A stretch of DNA of 15,445 nt from NCBI GenBank assembly GCA_046757525.1, contig JBHHYI010000097.1, positions 1 to 15,445 of the forward strand, in the 5' to 3' direction. Made by a program: the position numbers and the translations under genes. Origin of the DNA: a bacterium (GTDB taxonomy: Bacteria; Zhuqueibacterota; Zhuqueibacteria; Oceanimicrobiales; Oceanimicrobiaceae). Under the pieces are notes generated by a model. The model had not been told where the DNA came from. It searched no databases and saw only the letters and a program-made list of their open reading frames with translations. The stretch's first letter is position 1, and each line of letters starts with the position of its first letter. Below are positions 1-10,572 of this stretch, one piece after another.

Positions 1-1622
1 GCCTTGCGCAGACTATCTCTGGAACCCAGGCCTGCCTTGATTTCCCCAATGTTTAGAGGCATCACCCCGGGTGCGGAAGTGAGCGAATCGTGTCTAACTG
101 CTTCATCAGCAATGGCGATGGCGTTCTCGGCGGCTGGTTTTTGAAATCGAGAGTTCCAATAGCGGTTGCTGATTTTTATGTACTCATCGAAGGCCTCATC
201 GTGCATGCCCAGCTTTTCATCCAAAGTCAGTGCCATATTCCAATGAATGAGCGGCGTATTTTCGTTTTCCGGAAACGTGGCCAAATAGTCCCGACTGTCG
301 TTGATCGCCTGAAAATAAAGATTGGTGTCGTTGCTATCCTTACCTCTGAGCAGCAACAAGTTTATATTGTCCCTCAGCGCCTTCTCAGCCAGAACCAGAG
401 CGTCATTCCTGGATTCTTCATCCTGATTTTTTTCCCACCACTCGCTTCCCGTCTTGTATTTCTTGTACAATTCCTCCCGACGAACGTAGGCCATGCGCTC
501 ATCTTCGATGTTGCGATAGGCTTCGGCAAGCTTGGCGTTGATCTTAGGCGCCTCTGGTGAATTTGGGTACATGCTGAGCAAAAGCTGATAAGCATTGATG
601 GCTTTATCGTACTCTTCCTTGACATCCATGTAGACATCCCCAATCTTCTTCAGCACCTGTAAGCCGTAATCTCTACCACCAATCTTCGAGAAGTAGTCAG
701 CGGCACGAGTAGGGCCGCCGTAGTCTAAGAAGCTAATGCCTATGTATTCCAAGGCTTCATCGCGGACGGCGGGAAAGTGGTATTTGTTTTGGGGGTCGGT
801 CAGCTTCGCCCGGTCGAGATCGTCGGCCAAAATCGTAAAATAAGAAATGGCTGAAGGAAAATCGCTCAACCTGTAATAGGCCCAACCTAAGCGATACAAA
901 GCAGCATCATACCTGGAGCTATCCTTGTAGTTAAGAATCTTTTTGTACAACCCGATGGCCTTTTCAATTTGATTGACTGGCGGGTTGAAATAATATTCAG
1001 CCATACGCATGAGAGCATCCGACACATAATGACTCTCCGGATAGGCATCAATCATGGTTTGATATGCTTCAAAAGCGGCAGCTTGTTTACCCAAATCTTC
1101 CAGGAGAAACCCTTTGCTGTATATGGCATCGTCTACCAAAGTGCTTTCCGGGAATTCGTCAATAATCCGTTGATAAAGAGACAATGCTCTGGAGTAATCT
1201 TTGACCGGTTCTTCTGGTGCCTGGGCAATCTCTTTATTTTCATAGCGACTCAACTGCTGCGTGTAGGTGTCGTTTGCCACCTCATAATCATGGATAGCCT
1301 GTTCGTAATAAAGCTCCGCCAGACGGATAATTATCTTATCCAAAATAGGACTTTTGGCGTGAAGCTTGACAAACGACCCCATGTCGCGGATACCCCTTTG
1401 CCGCAGCGCATCCTTTTCTTGCAACAGACTGTCCGTTTGCTTCTTAAAATACTCCTGAATCTTCAGCAATTCATCTACGGAATACGTCTGAATCAAAGAA
1501 TCTGCGGACAACCCCGAGTCTGCGATTTTGACTTCGTTGATTCCCTGGGAAAGACCCTGGCCGGAGACAAAAAATGCGGCTGTAACCAGTGCGATTGTTG
1601 TGGAAACTAATCTTAATTTCAT
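1..1622 (-). CDS. Large exported tetratricopeptide-repeat protein, 3'-truncated by the window edge (GltD/AgmU-like architecture)
   Basis: Not in the ORF track because there is no stop in the window. My translation from ATG 1622 stays open to position 3 (540 codons): MKLRLVSTTIALVTAAFFVSGQGLSQ (signal peptide), then TPR-type motifs IIIRLAELYYEQA, YQRIIDEFPESTLVDDAIYSKGFLLEDLG, YPESHYVSDALMRMAEYYF, YDAALYRLGWAYYRL, YQLLLSMYPNSPEAP. Confidence 0.9.
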   Translation of the reverse strand, partial: MKLRLVSTTIALVTAAFFVSGQGLSQGINEVKIADSGLSADSLIQTYSVDELLKIQEYFKKQTDSLLQEKDALRQRGIRDMGSFVKLHAKSPILDKIIIRLAELYYEQAIHDYEVANDTYTQQLSRYENKEIAQAPEEPVKDYSRALSLYQRIIDEFPESTLVDDAIYSKGFLLEDLGKQAAAFEAYQTMIDAYPESHYVSDALMRMAEYYFNPPVNQIEKAIGLYKKILNYKDSSRYDAALYRLGWAYYRLSDFPSAISYFTILADDLDRAKLTDPQNKYHFPAVRDEALEYIGISFLDYGGPTRAADYFSKIGGRDYGLQVLKKIGDVYMDVKEEYDKAINAYQLLLSMYPNSPEAPKINAKLAEAYRNIEDERMAYVRREELYKKYKTGSEWWEKNQDEESRNDALVLAEKALRDNINLLLLRGKDSNDTNLYFQAINDSRDYLATFPENENTPLIHWNMALTLDEKLGMHDEAFDEYIKISNRYWNSRFQKPAAENAIAIADEAVRHDSLTSAPGVMPLNIGEIKAGLGSRDSLRK

Positions 1623-1658
1623 GCTGTTACCATGTCGGAGGTGGCTATCCAAGATTAT

Positions 1659-4556
1659 TTAATACAAACTCGAATCTGGTTGGTCTGCGCCTTTCACTTC
1701 TCCTTCCTGGGTGTCAAAATATAAATCCTTAAAATACTTTTCCCTCTCCCGCTTTTCTATTTCGATCTGTTCTTTCTTGAGTTCTTTCTCGATCTTCTCA
1801 ACCTCCGCATCGAAATCGGAAAGCTTCCTGGCCAAAGCCTCCTTCCTGTGTTGCAACAATTGATTGACCGATTCGATGTTTTGAGCCATTGCAGAAATCT
1901 CTTTATCCCGCTCTTCAATGCTCTGAAAAGTGATGTCGCTCATGCCAAAGCCTGAAAAATCCGCCCATTGGTCGAACTTGGTATTGACGTCCTCAACCTT
2001 GTTGGCCAGCAACCAGGCGCGAAATTGGGAAGAATGGTTTCTCAAATCGCTCAGATCTTTCTCCAGGATCTCCAAATCCAACTTCGCATCCAGGTTGTGT
2101 TGGGTCAATCTCTTGTTTTTTCGTAAATTTTGAATTTGAGCCAAAGTAGAGGTGATTCTTTGCCGTTCCTTCTCCAATTCCGGCATCATCTCGCTTAAGA
2201 TGTCTTTTCGGTAATTGGTCATGCTTTCTTTAGTAGCCAGGGGGTAATCTAAAAAATAATTAATATTTCTAATGGAAAGGTCTGATTGATAAGTGTCCAG
2301 GGTTTTTATTAAGCGTTCGCGCTGATAGTTGGCATCATTGGCGACTTTACTGTTTCCGTTGGCCTCAGCCTGCGCAATGATCTTATTCAATTCATCGATC
2401 TGCTTAAAGATCACTTTTCGCTCATCTCTCAAATCCTCCAACATCAAACTGCCGGTGCCGCCTCTATACCTGAACTGCAACAACATCTTCTGAATTTGCT
2501 CTCTGATTTTGGAAGTGACGGAATAAAGGGATTCATCGCGCCGATCAAGGACTTTGTCTTCGATCTGGTCAATCTTGGCAAGTTGATCCAGGATTTTTTT
2601 TCTTTCATCGTTATACTGTTTAGACAGTTCGAAGACGCTGCGGGCATTGGCAACATACCGGAGGTTTTTCAAGGCCGCATCGTTTTCTTTGAGAAGGCGC
2701 TTACAATGCGCCGACAACACCAGGGCCTCGTAAGTAGAATTGGAAGCTAAGTAATTATGGAACAATTTGTTCACATCCTGGACGGTATCGCCGTAACGTC
2801 CCTCTTTTAGATTGGTCCACGCAGCCCCTAACAAGCTTTTATCGTAATGACTAAATCCCGGGGAAACGCTGCCAAAGTAGTTTCGAGCCTTTTCATATTC
2901 GCCCTGTTCATAAGAGAGGTAGCCTAACTTCAACAGAGCGTTGTTGCGAACAAAAGTCGTCTGCGCGTCGGTCCAGGGATAATTATCAAGATTGGTCAAC
3001 GCCTCAAAGATTCTCTTGGCTTCGGTGTAATTGTTTTCATTGGCGTAAACAATCCCCAACAAGTATTGAGCCATGAGATAGAGTTTGGAATCCCTGGAAA
3101 CGTGCGACAGACTCAATTTTGAGGACTCAAAGTTTGCGTTTTTGAAATAGACATAACCCGCCAAGTAATTACACTGATCGCTGCACGTTTGCGTTATGTT
3201 GGCAGAATTTGCCTGCACCATGGCAAAATATCGGTAAAAGTCGGTGGTGTTGCCCATCTCTTCATTAATCAGCAGCAAGCGGGCTAAGGCATCGCTAAGA
3301 TAAGGAGAATTCGGGTATTCAGTTACGATTTGGTCGTAGTCTGTGAGCGCCTTCTCGTATAGTTGACGCGCAAAGTAAGTTTCACCGCGATAGAAAAGAA
3401 CCGACTCCATGTTTGCAAAATAGTCTCTGTAATCTTTCAGAATTTCATTAAACTGCATTTCCGCCAGGGAATAGTTCGCATCGATGTAACTGGAAAATGC
3501 GTCCTTCAAATCTCTCTCCAGCATTCTGGCCCGCTCCGCATTTGAGGAATGATTCAGCAGATTGGCCTTCATGATTTCGTACTGCGTAAATCGCACTTTG
3601 TAGTCGGCAATTTGTCCGGCTTTCCAGGTGTCAAATATTTCAGTAACGGTGGACCTGTCCGGGGCTACATTCGAGTCATAGCCTAACAAGGCGAGAACAC
3701 GATCATCTAATTGGGACAGCAAGGACCTTTTTAGCTTTTCGATTTCCAGGCTAACCTCCGAGTTGTCGTTCAGGGCTTGGGCCTGCAAAGCGTCTAACTG
3801 TTTCAGAACGTTCACCACCAACTTGTTCTCAGTAATATACTGGTCGGTGAGCGTATCCTCCGAAGCAGTTATTTGGTTTTCGCTGAGCAAGTAGCTGATC
3901 TGGTTCCTCTGCATCTGGACTTCTTGCAGCAGATGCTCGTCACCCTGCTCTTTGGCGTAGCGTTCCAGTCGATCCAGCCGCTTGTTGAGCAACAGTACGG
4001 AGTCAATTTCCTTGAAATAGTCTTTGAACATCTGGGAAACTACTGCCTGGGAATGGGTGCCCTTTTTGAAGATTTCCCGATTTTCCAGCACACCCATCAG
4101 TTGATAGCGAAGGTCTGCCAGCTTATCCCAGGAATCCAAATCGTTAACCTGGACCACCACCTTCTCCAGTTGCTGAATTTCGTCGTACAGTTGCAGGACT
4201 TTTTTTAGTTCCCTGGAATACTCAGCCACCAACTTTTCCGACTTACCAAAGATTTTCGTGTACCCGATTTCATCTTTGAGAAAAGCTCTTTTGCCCCTGG
4301 CCTTGATCTCGCGCGTTATGTTGTTGATCTGCTGCAAGAGCAGCTTTTCATTATTAGTCATTTCAACCAAGAAATTCTTGCTCTTCTGGTTTAAATAGAA
4401 ACCGAGCTTGTCCTCGAAGCTAATCTGAGTTTGCGCCCCTGATTTCTGCACGGATTGCGCACAAAGTCGGCGATTACTGCCAGCGAACAGCAGAAAAAAT
4501 ATTACAAATGACTTGCAACCAATTCGAAGAAGTTTTTCTTGTGAAGAGATAATCAT
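1659..4556 (-). CDS. Exported TPR and coiled-coil protein, 965 aa (GltC-like central TPR block)
   Basis: Long ORF with an N-terminal hydrophobic stretch (SFVIFFLLFAG...LCA/Q). TPR motifs at about aa 350-635: VLFYRGETYF, YDQIVTEYPNSPYLSDAL, AQYLLGIVY, NALLKLGYLSYEQGEYEKA, KSLLGAAWTNL. Flanks are helical and heptad-rich. Confidence 0.9.
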   Translation of the reverse strand: MIISSQEKLLRIGCKSFVIFFLLFAGSNRRLCAQSVQKSGAQTQISFEDKLGFYLNQKSKNFLVEMTNNEKLLLQQINNITREIKARGKRAFLKDEIGYTKIFGKSEKLVAEYSRELKKVLQLYDEIQQLEKVVVQVNDLDSWDKLADLRYQLMGVLENREIFKKGTHSQAVVSQMFKDYFKEIDSVLLLNKRLDRLERYAKEQGDEHLLQEVQMQRNQISYLLSENQITASEDTLTDQYITENKLVVNVLKQLDALQAQALNDNSEVSLEIEKLKRSLLSQLDDRVLALLGYDSNVAPDRSTVTEIFDTWKAGQIADYKVRFTQYEIMKANLLNHSSNAERARMLERDLKDAFSSYIDANYSLAEMQFNEILKDYRDYFANMESVLFYRGETYFARQLYEKALTDYDQIVTEYPNSPYLSDALARLLLINEEMGNTTDFYRYFAMVQANSANITQTCSDQCNYLAGYVYFKNANFESSKLSLSHVSRDSKLYLMAQYLLGIVYANENNYTEAKRIFEALTNLDNYPWTDAQTTFVRNNALLKLGYLSYEQGEYEKARNYFGSVSPGFSHYDKSLLGAAWTNLKEGRYGDTVQDVNKLFHNYLASNSTYEALVLSAHCKRLLKENDAALKNLRYVANARSVFELSKQYNDERKKILDQLAKIDQIEDKVLDRRDESLYSVTSKIREQIQKMLLQFRYRGGTGSLMLEDLRDERKVIFKQIDELNKIIAQAEANGNSKVANDANYQRERLIKTLDTYQSDLSIRNINYFLDYPLATKESMTNYRKDILSEMMPELEKERQRITSTLAQIQNLRKNKRLTQHNLDAKLDLEILEKDLSDLRNHSSQFRAWLLANKVEDVNTKFDQWADFSGFGMSDITFQSIEERDKEISAMAQNIESVNQLLQHRKEALARKLSDFDAEVEKIEKELKKEQIEIEKREREKYFKDLYFDTQEGEVKGADQPDSSLY

Positions 4557-4590
4557 GTCACTGTACCAGATTTAGTCTTCTCTCTTAATG

Positions 4591-4758
4591 AGGAGTATCA
4601 TTCTTTTAATTGAAGGCTAGGGATGTCGCAAAAAATCACTCGACCGAAAGCTCTTTATTAATTCGACAACGTTCAGGAATTCTTTAGACTTGGGGACAAG
4701 AATCTGAACGAGAATCGTTAGATGATAATTATATGAAATATAAAAGATTAATACTCCT
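4591..4758. repeat. Imperfect 18-bp inverted repeat pair (4591-4608 and 4741-4758) enclosing a 13-bp hairpin (4670-4710)
   Basis: AGGAGTATCATTCTTTTA versus the reverse complement of TAAAAGATTAATACTCCT (AGGAGTATTAATCTTTTA) is 16/18 identical. Inner hairpin: CGTTCAG-GA-ATTCTT, 13-nt loop, AAGAAT-CTGAACG. Confidence 0.7.
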
Positions 4759-4815
4759 ATCGGGCTGCACCAAAATCACCCATAGTGATAGAGTAATACT
4801 CGGACCTTCGAGAAC

Positions 4816-5223
4816 TTATTCTTTTGAGGCTATTCGGATCCTATTAATGGCCCTCAACATCGCAAGTTTAGCACGTTGTACATCCCAAGACATGCGTCCT
4901 TCCTCTAAACGTTTTTTTGCCCTATCCCTGGCTTCCTGGGCACGCTTGATGTCAATCAAAGAGGCAGCTTCAGCAACTTCGGCCAAAACGGATATACTGT
5001 GGGGGAGAACTTCAACAAAGCCGCCGGTAGTAGAAAAGTAACTGGTCCTGTTGTCTGCTTCTACTTTTATTTCACCAACTTTTAGTGCTGCCAAAAATGG
5101 TGTATGTCCAGGGTAAACACCAAAGTATCCATCCAACCCCGGCAAACGAACGGCTTTGACATCAGCGGAATATATTTTTTTGAACGGTGTTAGAATCTCA
5201 AATTTTAGAAATTCGGGTAGCAT
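4816..5223 (-). CDS. atpC: ATP synthase F1 epsilon subunit
   Basis: EILTP...LPGLDGYFGVYPGHTP, GGFVEV and a C-terminal helical hairpin IDIKRAQEARDRA...RAINRI; last gene of the atp operon. Confidence 0.97.
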   Translation of the reverse strand: MLPEFLKFEILTPFKKIYSADVKAVRLPGLDGYFGVYPGHTPFLAALKVGEIKVEADNRTSYFSTTGGFVEVLPHSISVLAEVAEAASLIDIKRAQEARDRAKKRLEEGRMSWDVQRAKLAMLRAINRIRIASKE

Positions 5224-5250
5224 GAAGTTTTAGATGATTTTTCGAAAACG

Positions 5251-6666
<1,416 letters not shown>

Positions 6667-6694
6667 TTATGGTTTTTGTTTCTTTCATATTGAG

Positions 6695-7558
6695 TTAACC
6701 TTGCAACGCTTCTGCCCCGCCAACAATTTCTGCAATCTCTTTAGTAATGCTTGCCTGCCGCACCTTGTTGTAGAACAGAGTCAAATCGTGGATCATTTCC
6801 TGGGCGTTTTCCGTGGCGGTTTCCATGGCAACCATGCGGGCACCCTGTTCAGCGGCATACGATTCCAGCAAAATGCGCCAGAGCTGAATGTTTAGATTTT
6901 TGGGACAAATTTCATCCAAAATCCGGCCAACCGATGGCTCGTACAAGTAATCCGCAAGAAATTTGTCAGACTCCGGCAATTCAGGCTGGATGGGGAGCAA
7001 TTGTTCTACCACGACTCTTTGGGTGCCAGCGGACTTAAATTCATTATAAACCGCGAACACGCGGTCGGTCTTTTGCGCCTGATACGATTTGCCGATTAGA
7101 TCAGCAATTTGCGTTGCGTGCATAAATTTCAATTCGTCGAGAAAGTTGGTGAATTTTTCAACGACCGTATAATCCCGTCGCGAAAAATGTTCAAACCCTT
7201 TTCTACCAACGGCGATGACCTGGACACCGACCTCCGACTTTTGCGTCGCAATTTCAGCCCTGGCCCGGCGAATGACGTTGGAATTGAAACTGCCACACAG
7301 GCCCCGATCCGCTGTGACCACCAAATAGCTCACATTTTGGGCTTCCCGTTCTGTCAACAACGGATGAAAGTCCCGCTCCTCTTTGGCGGCCACGTGCGCC
7401 AAAAGCTGCCCCAATCGATAGGCATAAGGCCGGGCATTGATGAGCCTGTCTTGAGCCTTGCGTAGCTTGGCTGCCGCAACCATTTTCATGGCTTTGGTAA
7501 TCTGCTGAGTACTGTGGACGCTGGCAATGCGTCTTTTGATGTCCCGTAAGGCTGCCAC
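6695..7558 (-). CDS. atpG: ATP synthase F1 gamma subunit
   Basis: STQQITKAMKMVAAAK, DRGLCGSFN, EQGARMVAM and RQASITKEIAEIVGGA; GTG start abuts the atpA stop. Confidence 0.99.
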   Translation of the reverse strand: MAALRDIKRRIASVHSTQQITKAMKMVAAAKLRKAQDRLINARPYAYRLGQLLAHVAAKEERDFHPLLTEREAQNVSYLVVTADRGLCGSFNSNVIRRARAEIATQKSEVGVQVIAVGRKGFEHFSRRDYTVVEKFTNFLDELKFMHATQIADLIGKSYQAQKTDRVFAVYNEFKSAGTQRVVVEQLLPIQPELPESDKFLADYLYEPSVGRILDEICPKNLNIQLWRILLESYAAEQGARMVAMETATENAQEMIHDLTLFYNKVRQASITKEIAEIVGGAEALQG

Positions 7559-9094
<1,536 letters not shown>

Positions 9095-9149
9095 TTAGTT
9101 TTGATTTGACAAGCCATTTTCCAAAATATGTATCCGATTAGCATAGGTC

Positions 9150-9166
9150 TGTTCCGAAGTGAAACA
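9150..9166. promoter_or_regulatory. Degenerate parS-like palindrome
   Basis: TGTTCC-GAA-GTGAAACA versus parS consensus TGTTNC-AC-GTGAAACA: one perfect half-site, centre altered with one extra base; intergenic and about 4.4 kb from parB. Confidence 0.3.
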
Positions 9167-9229
9167 ACCTCGGCGAACCAAACTCTTGACTGCGATAGAT
9201 TGATGAGCGCTAAGCAGTGTCTGCAAAAG

Positions 9230-9787
9230 CTATACCATCTTGGAATTGGTCCTTTGGCTCAATTCATTCTTGAGACGCCGCAGTAGACTTTGCAAGCTGC
9301 CATCAAAGACCTGTCCATCCAAGTTCACCACGATACCCCCCAGAATTCTGGGATCGATGCGATTCTCAATCTGAACATCCGAGTCAAAGGTGCGGCTCAA
9401 GGTCTCTGTCAACTTCGATTTTGTCGCGTCATCCAGCGGAACCGCCGTAATGGTTGCGGCTCGAAGTTTTCTCTTGTATTGGTCGAAAAGCGTCTGAAAT
9501 TCCTTGACGATCACCGCAAACAAACCCTGGCGGTTTTTCTTCAACAAGACCAAGACAAAATTAAAAAACACATTGGACACACGATCTTGAAAAAGATCTT
9601 CGACGACCTTTTGCTTCTCGCCTGGGTTTAGCTGGGGCGAATTAAGAAAATGCCGGAAAGACGGACTTGATTGCAGATTCTGGTTGAACAGCGCCACTTC
9701 ATTTCGGATGCTTTCCAAAATATCCCTTTCCCGGGCCAATTCAAACAACGCCCTGGCGTATCTTCTCGCTAATATGGTCTCTTTCAA
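9230..9787 (-). CDS. atpH: ATP synthase F1 delta subunit
   Basis: [13 protein letters not shown] and [11 protein letters not shown]...DGSL; TTG start overlaps the atpF TGA stop (TTGA). Confidence 0.97.
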   Translation of the reverse strand: MKETILARRYARALFELARERDILESIRNEVALFNQNLQSSPSFRHFLNSPQLNPGEKQKVVEDLFQDRVSNVFFNFVLVLLKKNRQGLFAVIVKEFQTLFDQYKRKLRAATITAVPLDDATKSKLTETLSRTFDSDVQIENRIDPRILGGIVVNLDGQVFDGSLQSLLRRLKNELSQRTNSKMV

Positions 9788-10278
9788 TTAGCCTCCCCCA
9801 TTTTTTGAAGAGAGTCTTCGATCAACTTCTTGTGATCTTCTCTTGAAAGGGATCTGTCGATCAGCTTCGAGGCAATCATCACAGACAAATCCACCGCTTG
9901 CTTCTTAATCTCTTCAACAGCTTTTTCCCTTTCCAGGTTTATTTCCTTTTTGGCCCGTTCCAATATGTTGGAGGCCTCTGTGCTGGCCTTGTTGAGAATT
10001 TCCTCTTTTGAAGCCTCTGCCGTCTTGCGGCTCTTGGCCAGCAAGTCCTGGGCTTCCCTTTTGGCCGCATCCAGGATGGCCTGCTGGTCGGCCCGGGCCT
10101 CTTCAAGCTCCTTCTGAGCCGTCTCGGCCTTTTCCAAAGACTCTTTTATCTTTCTTTCCCGCTCTTCCAGAGCCTGCAAAATGGGACCCCAGGCCATTTT
10201 TTTCAACACAAACAAAAGAAGAATAAAAGTCAGAGCGGTCCAAAATATTGTGCCTGGATCCGGCGTGAGTAAGTTCAT
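9784..10278 (-). CDS. atpF: ATP synthase F0 b subunit
   Basis: N-terminal TM helix ([26 protein letters not shown]), LEERERKI and a long charged coiled coil. Confidence 0.97.
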   Translation of the reverse strand: MNLLTPDPGTIFWTALTFILLLFVLKKMAWGPILQALEERERKIKESLEKAETAQKELEEARADQQAILDAAKREAQDLLAKSRKTAEASKEEILNKASTEASNILERAKKEINLEREKAVEEIKKQAVDLSVMIASKLIDRSLSREDHKKLIEDSLQKMGEAN

Positions 10279-10296
10279 AACGATTTAACCTTAATG

Positions 10297-10536
10297 TTAA
10301 GCACCAGCAGTTTTCAGACTTAGCAAGAAGCAAATAACCAAACCCAGCAGAGCGACACCTTCAATCATAGCTGCGGTAATGATCATAACGCCGCGAATGT
10401 CGCCCACTGCTTCTGGCTGCCTTGCAATCCCTTCCATGGCCGCACTGGCCAATTTACTAATACCATAAGCACCCCCGATCACAGAAATGCCAGCACCAAA
10501 ACCAGCGGCTAAGAACGCCAATCCAATTTCTGACAT
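10297..10536 (-). CDS. atpE: ATP synthase F0 c subunit, probably H+-coupled
   Basis: Two hydrophobic helices joined by an ARQPE loop; ion-binding Glu in AAMIEGVAL; SD AAGGAGG at 10541-10547. Confidence 0.98.
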   Translation of the reverse strand: MSEIGLAFLAAGFGAGISVIGGAYGISKLASAAMEGIARQPEAVGDIRGVMIITAAMIEGVALLGLVICFLLSLKTAGA

Positions 10537-10572
10537 GAATCCTCCTTAACAGTTTGATGAATATTAGTTATT

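Noticed and set aside
90..1610. ORFs 90..560 (+), 969..1610 (+) and 374..643 (-)
   Set aside because: All overlap the real minus-strand TPR CDS (1..1622) in antisense or alternate frames.
4591..4758. Retron msr-msd interpretation of the inverted-repeat element
   Set aside because: The geometry is reminiscent, but no reverse transcriptase is encoded in the window.
4772..4789. Possible intrinsic terminator after atpC (ATCAC-TATGG-GTGAT-TTT on the minus strand)
   Set aside because: Short AU-rich stem and short U-tract; too weak to call.
4733..5041. 102-aa plus-strand ORF
   Set aside because: Mostly antisense to atpC, with no RBS or family features.
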